Source: a virus
Reading direction: 5' to 3' (one strand)
Length of the DNA stretch: 64,000 nt
Virus record (IMG/VR): IMGVR_UViG_3300010002_000004
Numbering within the stretch: position 1 is the stretch's first letter; every line of letters starts with the position of its first letter. A model generated the notes under the pieces. The model saw only the letters and a list, made by a program, of their open reading frames with translations, did not search any database and was not told the DNA's origin. Positions 1 through 8,881 of this stretch are shown one piece after another. The position numbers were made by a program, and so were the translations under genes.

Positions 1-390
1 CCCCCTTGCTCCGCTCCCCTCTCATATAAACACCCCCCACCTTCGAACGGAGTTTATATATACATATAAACGTAGTAGGGAACATTCATAACGACTCCAA
101 AATGGTTAGAGTGTATATCAACTATTAACACATATGACATTCCCAAGGGAAAGCGGGAAGACGAGGTGACATTCCCTAGTTATGACCTAGTGAGGAGCCC
201 CGCCGGAGCCGTCCCCTACCGAGTCTCTTCCTATTATAAAGGGGACACACAATCGGGATATACCACGACGTCCCGGGACACAGCAGAATACGGTGACGAT
301 TCAACATTCCCAAACCTTGACTATTTCCTTAGTATATGGGAGTATGTAGTTAGTAAGTTACCTATTAAAACTTTTAAGGAGCGAAAACAC

Positions 391-1347
391 ATGACGAAAT
401 TCAAAGTTCGACCGTATAGCGAGTACGAAAAGCAGAAGCGTTTGATGGAATCGATTCAGAAGTACATGGACGACACGTTGGAGAAAGTGGACGCTGAAAC
501 TGCCTTGCGAGTGTTGGCACAGAATAAACCTATCTGGACAGTGGACACGCCCGGAGTGAGCGGGGACTTCCGATTAGTGAGCTACAATCTGACGCCAGGG
601 AAAGAGCTGTTCCGTCGAGTGGGAATCCCCGGGGAGGAATCGAAGACGGATGACATTGCGTTCATTGAACAAGCTAACCTGCTCGACCTAATGAAAGTAC
701 AGTGGTTCCTTGAAGCGCAGGATTACCATGACGAGATGCGGAAGACGGGGAAGACGATGACAGCCGGGGAGTTGTTCGACAGCGTGACCACGGAGCCGGG
801 GGAAGGGACAGACTTCATCCGTATTCCTAATGGACACGGTGTAAGTGTCAAAGTGTACCGGGGAAGCACGATTCACATTCCAGAGTTTGATTTCGGGAGA
901 CGAGGTAATCAATTCGTACACGTCCAGGACATCCACGATGCCGACACGATTAGTGCGTTTGTGAGCGGGACAGGGGAGACCTACAAAATTGAGAAGTTGA
1001 ACCTTACCCGGAAAAAATTCAATAACAAATGGATGTGGGACGCCGACCCGGAGAAGGAAGGGGAATTTACACTTGGCATTGATTATGTCCGACTCGGGGG
1101 AGCGAAACTGTACAAGGGAATGGAAGTCAAGATTACCGACGAGACTATCCTTTTGTTTGTGGACAAGAGAGAGTATCAGATTGCTGACCAGTGGCTTGAG
1201 ATTTTAGACTTTGTCAACGAGGAAGAAGTTTTCGTCAATATCTCCCTCAAGTCGAAACTGACTGGAGACTTCCGTCGAGAAGGGATTCCTATCCATGTGA
1301 GCCATTTAGGTGAGTTCCGGGATAAGGCAGAGAAGGAGGGAGAGTAA
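391..1347 (+). CDS. hypothetical protein, paralog family member 1
   Basis: ORF; the ATG at 391 follows AAGGAG and is preferred over the 166 start. Shares an N-domain and QW/QF beta-repeats with the 1633 and 2621 ORFs. Confidence 0.75.
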   Translation: MTKFKVRPYSEYEKQKRLMESIQKYMDDTLEKVDAETALRVLAQNKPIWTVDTPGVSGDFRLVSYNLTPGKELFRRVGIPGEESKTDDIAFIEQANLLDLMKVQWFLEAQDYHDEMRKTGKTMTAGELFDSVTTEPGEGTDFIRIPNGHGVSVKVYRGSTIHIPEFDFGRRGNQFVHVQDIHDADTISAFVSGTGETYKIEKLNLTRKKFNNKWMWDADPEKEGEFTLGIDYVRLGGAKLYKGMEVKITDETILLFVDKREYQIADQWLEILDFVNEEEVFVNISLKSKLTGDFRREGIPIHVSHLGEFRDKAEKEGE

Positions 1348-1349
1348 CC

Positions 1350-1619
1350 ATGTTCTCCTTTCTCTTCTTTACCTCTTTAACTGCCCTCACGGGAATCGGA
1401 ATCTATTTCTTAGATGACGCTACCAACCCCGGAGGTTCCAAGTATACGAAGAAGAAATGCGCTATATGCGGGAAGATGGGGAAGAAGCAGGAGATGGTAG
1501 ACCGTATCTATGCCGTGAACATGCAAGTTGTCTACTACTGCCCCGAGTGCTATGAGGAACGGGAGAAAACCCCGGAACAGAAAAAAGTAGAGTTTGTCGA
1601 ACGAGAACGAGGATTCTAA
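1350..1619 (+). CDS. small membrane-anchored Zn-finger protein
   Basis: Hydrophobic N-terminus, CAIC...CPEC, RBS AAGGAGG. Confidence 0.65.
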   Translation: MFSFLFFTSLTALTGIGIYFLDDATNPGGSKYTKKKCAICGKMGKKQEMVDRIYAVNMQVVYYCPECYEEREKTPEQKKVEFVERERGF

Positions 1620-1632
1620 AGGAGGAGAACAC

Positions 1633-2643
1633 ATGACCACCAAATTACAGACCCATGCACAGTTGAACTTTAAGAACTCACTACGTCGGCTGAAAGAATT
1701 GAGCGAGGACATCGAGCAGTTCTATGAATCGCTCTCCCCACGACGAGCACAGGAGCTATTCCTCGACCGGAAAACGCTCTACACGTTAGAGCAGGATGAG
1801 AAGGGGGAGTTCGAGCTCGTTGGATTCCTGCTACTAATACGTGAAGGTGAGGGGGGATTAAATCTATACCGTGTCAATGATGCAGTAGGGGATTTCGATA
1901 AAGGGAAATACCAGCACGTAGATTGTTCCTATGCGGACGTGTTGAAGATGCCGTGGCATTACCCGAAGAAGGAACTGGAGCAGAAACCGGAAGAGGAAGA
2001 AGTGAAAGTGGAAGCCGTTCCGGAAAAGAAGGTTCCGAGAAAGAAGGATTCTCCTATCGTGATTAAGATAAACGGAGTGCGGGAAGTGAAAGTCCGTATC
2101 GGGGATTTCGTCCTCGTCAATACAAACAAGGCAGAGTTCTGCGGGAGAGAGGGAGCGAAAGTTCCCCATCTGCAATGGATGAAAGTCGAGGGAATCTCGT
2201 GGGGGACGAGAGCTTTCATGGGACACCTCTACTATACATTGGGAACAGGTGAGACACCGTACCGAGAGCATCAAGCTGTCTCGTTTGGGGATGTGACCGA
2301 CCATATCATTGCAGAAACGTACCAGACCGACCCCCGGGAAGCGGAGGGAGTATCGTTCGTCTATATTAGTAACACCGACCTCACGATGTTTGTAGGCGAC
2401 TATGTATATGTCGAAGAGTCATATGTCGATTGGGATGATGAGCTAGAAACGACTCAGTTCTTACCTCAGTGGATACGAGTTGATAAAATCGGAATGGACG
2501 ACCATCATATCTACGGTAATGTCAATCTTACAGACATGAGCGGGATGGATTTTACTCTTCTCAAGAGAATCGACCCGGCAATGATTGAGTTCGTCAAAAA
2601 ATCTGGAGGAGGAATCACACATGCCAGTAACAAACAAAAGTAA
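1633..2643 (+). CDS. hypothetical protein, paralog family member 2
   Basis: ATG 1633 after AAGGAGG; two GD.V...QW..V..I repeats. Confidence 0.75.
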   Translation: MTTKLQTHAQLNFKNSLRRLKELSEDIEQFYESLSPRRAQELFLDRKTLYTLEQDEKGEFELVGFLLLIREGEGGLNLYRVNDAVGDFDKGKYQHVDCSYADVLKMPWHYPKKELEQKPEEEEVKVEAVPEKKVPRKKDSPIVIKINGVREVKVRIGDFVLVNTNKAEFCGREGAKVPHLQWMKVEGISWGTRAFMGHLYYTLGTGETPYREHQAVSFGDVTDHIIAETYQTDPREAEGVSFVYISNTDLTMFVGDYVYVEESYVDWDDELETTQFLPQWIRVDKIGMDDHHIYGNVNLTDMSGMDFTLLKRIDPAMIEFVKKSGGGITHASNKQK

Positions 2644-3265
2644 TCTTAGCGCAAGAACGTTAACGACCCTAAAGGAAAGGCTCCGCAGATTGGAGTACAA
2701 CATGCAGACTATCCAGGAGAAGTTCGTCGAAGTACCGAGCCGGAAAGCAGTCATTCGATTAGTAAAAGGACTGCCCGCCTATTCCCTAGAGGAGGACGGG
2801 AGCGGAATCTCGTTCGAGATGGTCAAGTATGAGCTACGGGAACCAAACACGGACGGAATCATCCTCACGAGAAAAACACCTGCGGGACGGGAGGACAACC
2901 TCGAAGACGTCACCTTGCTTGACCTACTGGGGAATAAGTGGTTCGTCGAGATAGATGTCATCGAGAAGGAGAAAGAGGAACCGAAAAAAGAACCTAACGT
3001 CCTCACCGTCGAGATTAAGGGAGCGAACAATTACAAGGAGGATGTTCGAGCCGGGGATGAAGTGTTCATTAAAGGTGACATCATGGAGGATGAGAACTTC
3101 TTTGTTAAGAATCAGTGGGTAACTGTTGAGGAAGTTAGAGACGGACACATCACCGGATTAGTCCTGTATAAAGATAAAGAAGATAGCGTTGAAAAACGAT
3201 ATATGGCACGTATCCGACCGGAAAGTATCACTAAAATACGGAAAGCGGAGGGGAAAGTAAAATGA
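2621..3265 (+). CDS. hypothetical protein, paralog family member 3
   Basis: ATG 2621 after GGAGGAGG; one GDEV...QWVTV repeat. Confidence 0.75.
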   Translation: MPVTNKSNLSARTLTTLKERLRRLEYNMQTIQEKFVEVPSRKAVIRLVKGLPAYSLEEDGSGISFEMVKYELREPNTDGIILTRKTPAGREDNLEDVTLLDLLGNKWFVEIDVIEKEKEEPKKEPNVLTVEIKGANNYKEDVRAGDEVFIKGDIMEDENFFVKNQWVTVEEVRDGHITGLVLYKDKEDSVEKRYMARIRPESITKIRKAEGKVK

Positions 3266-4038
3266 GCGACAACAGGTTAGAGAACGTGGAGAGATTCCTT
3301 ATGCGAAAGCTAAGTGCTTTAGAGAAACGGATGGAGCGGGAACGAAAGGGGAATCCTCCCCTCTCCCCCGTCCCTACCGAGCAGGAGACGCTAACGAACA
3401 TCCTCACGTATGTTCAAGACGAGCTACGAGCACCTGTCCTTCTTGAGTCACTGGAGAGCAGGGAGAAGACGCTCCGGGAACGGATGCACACGAGAGCATA
3501 CGAACTGAATAAGATGCACCAGGAGGATTCTTCCTATCTGGAGAGGTCAGTCGTTCTCGATTTTGAGACTGAATTTACGAATTGCAATCTCTTTTACGAG
3601 TTCGCGGTACATGTCCAGTCTCCCCATAACGAGTTAACTCCTAAAGAAGTAGATGGTCGTTTGGAGATGAAGTACATTTTAGAGAGAAAAGTCGGGAACA
3701 GTCATGTGGGGAACGTGTTCAAGAAGATTCTAAGCGGGAGTGACGCTCGATATGACTTCTCTCGAATCATAGAGGACTTTAATTTGACGGCAAAAGACTT
3801 CCCCGTTCTACGGGAAATTTGTAACCTCCGGATTGCCGGAAAGAAATCTACGGAAGATATGGGCGATAAGACTGATTCCTACGGATACCGTTACGTGACA
3901 GACTTCTTTTTCACGTCACAAACGTTCGCTGAACTCCCGGAAGTAATGGATAACCTATGTATTGACATGCTAGAGCTTGAAACCATGCAAGGGGAAATCA
4001 AGAAGATAAAGAGGGGGATGGAGGAACGTGCCAAATAA
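3262..4038 (+). CDS. hypothetical protein
   Basis: 258-aa ORF, ATGA overlap with the upstream gene, RBS GGAGG. Confidence 0.7.
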   Translation: MSDNRLENVERFLMRKLSALEKRMERERKGNPPLSPVPTEQETLTNILTYVQDELRAPVLLESLESREKTLRERMHTRAYELNKMHQEDSSYLERSVVLDFETEFTNCNLFYEFAVHVQSPHNELTPKEVDGRLEMKYILERKVGNSHVGNVFKKILSGSDARYDFSRIIEDFNLTAKDFPVLREICNLRIAGKKSTEDMGDKTDSYGYRYVTDFFFTSQTFAELPEVMDNLCIDMLELETMQGEIKKIKRGMEERAK

Positions 4039-4192
4039 CTGTTGCAAGTTCTATAAGGAAGCCGTTTACTACAATCCCTATAACGGTGTCGTCCAGTGCC
4101 ACTCTTGCGGACATGTCTACGTCCCTGCGAGCAAGTTACAGTATCGAATCAACAAGCTATTAAAATATAAATGGTGGGGGAAAGGGAAATGA
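4028..4192 (+). CDS. small Cys-rich (Zn-ribbon-like) protein, not in the ORF track
   Basis: GTG after GGAGG; MPNNCCK...QCHSCGH...; stop overlaps the next ATG. Confidence 0.55.
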   Translation: MPNNCCKFYKEAVYYNPYNGVVQCHSCGHVYVPASKLQYRINKLLKYKWWGKGK

Positions 4193-4818
4193 GATTATTC
4201 GGGGAAGAAGTAACCGTCTACGATACGGAAGAAGAAGTCGTGGAAGCTATCGGCAGTCATTTAGATTGGATTCGGAAGAAAGACAGGGAGATTGCGGAGT
4301 GTGTATCTAGTCCAGAGAATGAATATCAACCGATGTCCTACTATTTCGAGTTCTTCCTCCGATTACGTGACCTTCTGGATGACGTCGTCCACAACCCTCA
4401 GACGATGCAATACGGCTACTATACCGACCGCCGGGGGATTCAGTATGCGAACATCACGCAGGAAGTTATCGACGTGTTCGCTAAGTATTCCAACACCGAG
4501 GCGCACCGCTTCTTGACGACCGTCTTCCATAACTTGAGTGGGGAATACGTCCAGTCGAAGGAAACCCTCGCCCAGACCGTCCTCCTGAACCGGAGATTGA
4601 TGCGGGATATGTATGCAGACCTCTACATGCTCCAGATACGGCTTGAAATCGAAGACGAACGTATTCGGAGAGTGAAGGAGCCCTTCACCGTTTCGGGATT
4701 CGCAGAGATGATTCTCGGGGACAGACTGTTCCCAGATGATTCGGTAGCCAACTATCGGGAATTCCTAGAGGTCATATCCTATTCGATTACGAAGTTCGAA
4801 AAGTTAGGGGGAAGATGA
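4189..4818 (+). CDS. hypothetical protein
   Basis: ORF, translationally coupled to its neighbours. Confidence 0.7.
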   Translation: MRLFGEEVTVYDTEEEVVEAIGSHLDWIRKKDREIAECVSSPENEYQPMSYYFEFFLRLRDLLDDVVHNPQTMQYGYYTDRRGIQYANITQEVIDVFAKYSNTEAHRFLTTVFHNLSGEYVQSKETLAQTVLLNRRLMRDMYADLYMLQIRLEIEDERIRRVKEPFTVSGFAEMILGDRLFPDDSVANYREFLEVISYSITKFEKLGGR

Positions 4819-5013
4819 ATGTTCATCGAAGACGTGGTATGGAACTGCCCGGAGTGCGGGAAACAGAATCATATTCCCTCCTCCCCCGTTTTCGGGGAAG
4901 GTGAGCTAGAAGAACGTCCTATTTGCGAAAATTGCCTTTCTGGACGTTTTCAAGTTAAAATAGCAGTAAGCGTACACGCCACCTCGACGACGACCGTCGG
5001 GGGAAGACATTGA
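4819..5013 (+). CDS. small Zn-ribbon protein
   Basis: CPEC...CENC. Confidence 0.6.
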   Translation: MFIEDVVWNCPECGKQNHIPSSPVFGEGELEERPICENCLSGRFQVKIAVSVHATSTTTVGGRH

Positions 5014-5027
5014 AAGGGGAAATACAC

Positions 5028-5663
5028 ATGGCACAGAAGAGAAGTAAAAACGCAACAGAGCAGGACTATATCGCTCAACAGAGAGCGTTTGAGACCTCAC
5101 AGCTCGGAAGACCTATAAATGGGTACGCCAACGTCCAGGAGATGCAGGAAGCCCTCAACAACAGCATGGAGGAAGTCGAGAGACTCAACCAAGCGATAGC
5201 TGACGAACAGATGAAGAAAGAAGCGCAGGAACGGCAGGAGAAAGAGGAGATTGACAGTACCCCTTATCGTGCGGAACTGGAGGAAGTGAAGCAGGAACTA
5301 GCTCGGAAAGAATCAGACCTGGCAGGAGTGCGGGAATTAAATCGGAAACACGTCGATACAATCCGTGACTTACGCAACGACATGGACGAGATGATGAAGA
5401 GAAACTCCTCCCTTGCGGAGCGCATGGAGAAAAAGGATGAGGAGAAACAGTTCTTAGAGGAGTTACTAGGTCACATTCTCATAAAGACCGATACCCGATA
5501 CCATCGTGCAAGCAATAAGGGGAAAGTAAAGGTAGCGAAAGCGTATGCCGTTCCTTATAATATCATTCGGGAATACGTGGAGGATGATGCCATCAGGTTC
5601 TTTCAAGACCAGTACCGACGTCGGGAAATTCGTTTCCTGGACGGGATGAAAGGAAAGTTATAA
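5028..5663 (+). CDS. coiled-coil hypothetical protein
   Basis: E/K/Q/R-rich heptad pattern; RBS AAGGGG. Confidence 0.7.
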   Translation: MAQKRSKNATEQDYIAQQRAFETSQLGRPINGYANVQEMQEALNNSMEEVERLNQAIADEQMKKEAQERQEKEEIDSTPYRAELEEVKQELARKESDLAGVRELNRKHVDTIRDLRNDMDEMMKRNSSLAERMEKKDEEKQFLEELLGHILIKTDTRYHRASNKGKVKVAKAYAVPYNIIREYVEDDAIRFFQDQYRRREIRFLDGMKGKL

Positions 5664-5739
5664 GTGAGGTATGCCGTTGCCTTAATCCTCATCGTCCTAT
5701 GCTTCTTCATCGCCCTATAAATCAAAAGGAGGTTCCACC

Positions 5740-5847
5740 ATGCGAAAATTACTTTCCCTATTTAAAAAGAATCCGAACACCTTCCGTTCCCTCACGATGT
5801 CGAGCGGAGTCATCTCTCAATCCCCTCGCAAGTATGTGTTGAAATAA
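5740..5847 (+). CDS. 35-aa hypothetical peptide
   Basis: Strong AAAGGAGG RBS; TAATG coupling to the next gene. Confidence 0.55.
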   Translation: MRKLLSLFKKNPNTFRSLTMSSGVISQSPRKYVLK

Positions 5848-6326
5848 TGGCAAGGAAAATCATCCGGAAGAAGCGACGAGTCGAGGAGAACCCTATCCTC
5901 GTCCGTATGCGTCAACGACACTATCAGATACTCGTACACAGCTTTCTCTACTATGAACTAGACGAGAACCTCATCCCCGACCACAGGTTCGATTCCTTTA
6001 GCAGGGAGATGGGGGAGCTTGTTAAGAGCCATCCGGAATGTTTGGATGAACTGGAGCATGGGTATGAGTTTAGAGGATTCACTGGGGGAAGCGGATACTA
6101 CCTCAACTACAAGAAACCTCGTATTGTGAACAAGGCGTTACAGCTCTTATTGTGGAGTGGAAAACCATTGTCCGATAAAGCATTGAATTATCTTGACCGC
6201 AAGACCAAGAACTATTATGATAAAAGTATCAAACAAGAGGAGGAAACAAAATGCCAACACCAGTCAAGAAAGCCCCGGTTAAAAAAGCGCCCGTTAAAAA
6301 AGCGCCCGTTAAGAAAACAGCAGTAG
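5847..6326 (+). CDS. protein resembling the isolated N-terminal (Ia) domain of NAD-dependent DNA ligase
   Basis: HSFLYYELDENLIPDHRFD resembles the LigA Ia pattern H..YY..D.P.ISD.EYD; no adenylation domain follows. Confidence 0.5.
   Translation: MARKIIRKKRRVEENPILVRMRQRHYQILVHSFLYYELDENLIPDHRFDSFSREMGELVKSHPECLDELEHGYEFRGFTGGSGYYLNYKKPRIVNKALQLLLWSGKPLSDKALNYLDRKTKNYYDKSIKQEEETKCQHQSRKPRLKKRPLKKRPLRKQQ
6193..6221 (+). promoter_or_regulatory. sigmaA-like promoter
   Basis: TTGACC-N17-TATGAT upstream of the 6251 gene. Confidence 0.6.
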
Positions 6327-6685
6327 AACAAAACGAGGAAGTAGTCGAACAATCGGCAACTGAAACTCCTGAGAAAAAGGCTCCTGCTAAGAAAGCACCT
6401 GCTACGAAAAAAGCACCTGCTAAGAAAACCCCTGCTAAAAAAGAGGACGCTCCTGCGGAAGACGTGAAAGCGGAAGAGAAAGCTCCGGAAGAGAAAAAGG
6501 CAACAGAAGTTGACTTGTTCATCACGGAAGAGTTCGCTATCTCTACTAAACTCGAAGGGGAACATACAGCTTTCCGTGCTTTCGAGCTCATCAAGGAAGC
6601 TCCTACGAAGCACTTGCCACAAGACAAGTACATTCCAAACTTTGACCATGTACGAGCGGTATCTGTAAAAGTCGTATCAGCATGA
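6251..6685 (+). CDS. histone H1-like (PAKK/PVKK repeat) protein
   Basis: KKAPVKK and KKAPAKK repeats; RBS GAGGAGG. Confidence 0.75.
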   Translation: MPTPVKKAPVKKAPVKKAPVKKTAVEQNEEVVEQSATETPEKKAPAKKAPATKKAPAKKTPAKKEDAPAEDVKAEEKAPEEKKATEVDLFITEEFAISTKLEGEHTAFRAFELIKEAPTKHLPQDKYIPNFDHVRAVSVKVVSA

Positions 6686-6701
6686 GTTAGGGGGAATCGT
6701 A

Positions 6702-7043
6702 ATGAGGAAGAAACAGATAGAATACCCCTTGTTCCATTCCCGGCTAGATAACAACTACATCGTAAAGTGCGGGAAGCAGGTAGGAGAGAAGACATTTGTT
6801 TTCATATCTAACCCTCTCGCACTTTTTTACGTTGTCCACTTTGATTTCGAGCCGACCAATCTCGACATGGAAGCAGTTATGTTCAAAGAGAGATGGAACG
6901 GACTAGGCGTTCGATTTAAGCGTTACTATTACCTCGACGTCCCACAAAAATATCGGGAAACTCTCCTAGAGCTCCTCCGTCACCTCGAAGGGGAGAACTT
7001 ATGGCTCGTTCAAAGGATGAGAGTCGTGGAGGAGATAGACTAG
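6702..7043 (+). CDS. hypothetical protein
   Basis: ORF with RBS AGGGGG. Confidence 0.65.
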   Translation: MRKKQIEYPLFHSRLDNNYIVKCGKQVGEKTFVFISNPLALFYVVHFDFEPTNLDMEAVMFKERWNGLGVRFKRYYYLDVPQKYRETLLELLRHLEGENLWLVQRMRVVEEID

Positions 7044-7465
7044 AAGAAGGAACAGGAGTGAGGAACATGGGAGGAAAGATGACAAGTGACAAGCTAAAAG
7101 ATATGTTGTTCGTCTGTTCGCAGGTGAATGACTTTGAATTAGTGATATTGCCACGACATAGCAAGAGACACTGGGCTTTATACTATCCCGGGGAAAAGTT
7201 AATAGAGATTTACGGGAATGATTCGAAGGGAAAGCAGTATCCCCTTGACGTTCTCCTCCGGGAAGCCTTGCACGAGCTTGCACATCACTTCCAATTTACC
7301 CACATACCGTTCTGGACTCCGGGGGAGGACGACCATGACCAAATGTTTTGGGAATTGTATCAGACGCTCCTCGACCGGGCTTTCGGAGAAAATATCTTGA
7401 AAGCTCAAGCCTACTCGGAAGACCACGTTGCAAGCGTAAAACCGTTACCCCACATCATCGTATAA
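7001..7465 (+). CDS. putative zinc metallopeptidase (SprT/WLM-like)
   Basis: LHELAHH motif and downstream DHDQMFW; true start may be downstream. Confidence 0.65.
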   Translation: MARSKDESRGGDRLEEGTGVRNMGGKMTSDKLKDMLFVCSQVNDFELVILPRHSKRHWALYYPGEKLIEIYGNDSKGKQYPLDVLLREALHELAHHFQFTHIPFWTPGEDDHDQMFWELYQTLLDRAFGENILKAQAYSEDHVASVKPLPHIIV

Positions 7466-7480
7466 ATAGGAGGAAATAAC

Positions 7481-7822
7481 ATGCAGATTAAAAACCACTT
7501 CACTGCACCCACGAAAACACGGCAACAGGAGAAAGCGGAAGAGAAAATGATTGAGAACATCCAACGGAAGCTCACGAACCGCTCGTCCCTCACACACTCG
7601 GAAGTCGTCTTCCTCATGGACTGGGAAATTGCCGTTGAACGGCTTAAACATAATTCCCGTGTCATGGACGCTGTCTCACAGACGAAGGGAATCGGGGAGA
7701 AGACACGGGCGAACATCAACGAGAACGTCAGTAAGATGATGCAGGAGCTACCTAGCTACTCGTTAGGAATTATCGAAGAGAATAAGCGGAAGCAGGGGGA
7801 ACAGGCGAATGAAGAAAGATAA
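7481..7822 (+). CDS. hypothetical protein, possible helix-hairpin-helix
   Basis: RBS AGGAGG; KGIGEKT motif. Confidence 0.65.
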   Translation: MQIKNHFTAPTKTRQQEKAEEKMIENIQRKLTNRSSLTHSEVVFLMDWEIAVERLKHNSRVMDAVSQTKGIGEKTRANINENVSKMMQELPSYSLGIIEENKRKQGEQANEER

Positions 7823-8186
7823 CCAGGATAAAATCCTCTCGTTCGGGAAAGCGGTTCAAGAGCGGAGAGAACATGACAAACAGCTCGACCAGGCGATTAC
7901 GAACGTCGAGAACCTCATCGACGAGCCTGTCACGGATACATGCTTCTTCCTGGAGGGACTTTCCGTCGGGGAACTACGGGGAATCCGTACCCTCCTCGAA
8001 CAGAAGCTCATGGAAGTCGATGCAATGGGCGCTCATTTGTTAGACCAGGGGAAACCTTTCGTCAAGCAGGAGGAAAAACTCATGTTCGGCGGAGTGTACG
8101 GGATTGCAAGCCGTATCACCTCGAAAATGGGAATCGTCGATTACTTCATTAAATCGAAGAGTATTCCCCGAGGTAAAAAGAAATGA
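7809..8186 (+). CDS. hypothetical protein
   Basis: ORF with RBS, coupled to tdk. Confidence 0.65.
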   Translation: MKKDNQDKILSFGKAVQERREHDKQLDQAITNVENLIDEPVTDTCFFLEGLSVGELRGIRTLLEQKLMEVDAMGAHLLDQGKPFVKQEEKLMFGGVYGIASRITSKMGIVDYFIKSKSIPRGKKK

Positions 8187-8782
8187 ACGAGAAACAGGTC
8201 AAGCTCTATTTCTACTACGGGACGATGACAAGCGCAAAGAGTCTCAATCTGTTAGTGAAAGCCCACAAGAAGAAAATCGAGGGGAAGAGCTTCATTGCCC
8301 TCAAGAGCTCCATTGATTCCCGGGATTCCGGATTCATCAAGTCACGAGCGATGCCAGAGGGAATTAAGGCGACTATCATCGAAAACCCGTCGGATATATT
8401 AGATGCTGTCCGTCGTCGCCACTCTTACGACCCTATCGACCATATCTATGTAGACGAAGCGAACTTCCTCACGACCCAGGAAGTCGAGACGCTTTCCTAC
8501 GTCGTCGATAAGATGCAAATACCCGTGACGTGTTTCGGGTTGTTGACGGACTTCCAGGGAAAACTATTCCCCGGGAGTCAACGTCTCATCGAGATGGCAG
8601 ATACGATACGTGAAATCTCCTCCGAGTGTTCTTGCGGAGCGAAAGCGACCCGTAACATGCGACTCGTGAACGGAACTCCTACTATTAAAGGGGAGCAGAT
8701 TCTAGTCGGTGGGGAAGATACATACAAAACTGTATGTCGGAAATGTTACCGGAAAGCATTGCAGGACAATGGCATTATTTAA
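8183..8782 (+). CDS. tdk: thymidine kinase
   Basis: YGTMTSAKS P-loop variant, VDEANF, FGLLTDF..KLFPGS, CSCG...CRKC Zn site. Confidence 0.95.
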   Translation: MNEKQVKLYFYYGTMTSAKSLNLLVKAHKKKIEGKSFIALKSSIDSRDSGFIKSRAMPEGIKATIIENPSDILDAVRRRHSYDPIDHIYVDEANFLTTQEVETLSYVVDKMQIPVTCFGLLTDFQGKLFPGSQRLIEMADTIREISSECSCGAKATRNMRLVNGTPTIKGEQILVGGEDTYKTVCRKCYRKALQDNGII

Positions 8783-8808
8783 CGGGGGAATTTAACTTTC
8801 CCCTTTTG

Positions 8809-8837
8809 TTGACAACTATTATAAGGAATGTTACATT
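8809..8837 (+). promoter_or_regulatory. sigmaA-like promoter
   Basis: TTGACA-N17-TACATT with extended TG. Confidence 0.75.
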
Positions 8838-8881
8838 ATTGATGTACCCAATAACTTACACACAACTGGAGGAAACAAATC

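Noticed and set aside
166..390. N-terminal extension of the first ORF
   Set aside because: The better RBS is at ATG 391, and the paralogs begin at the equivalent position.
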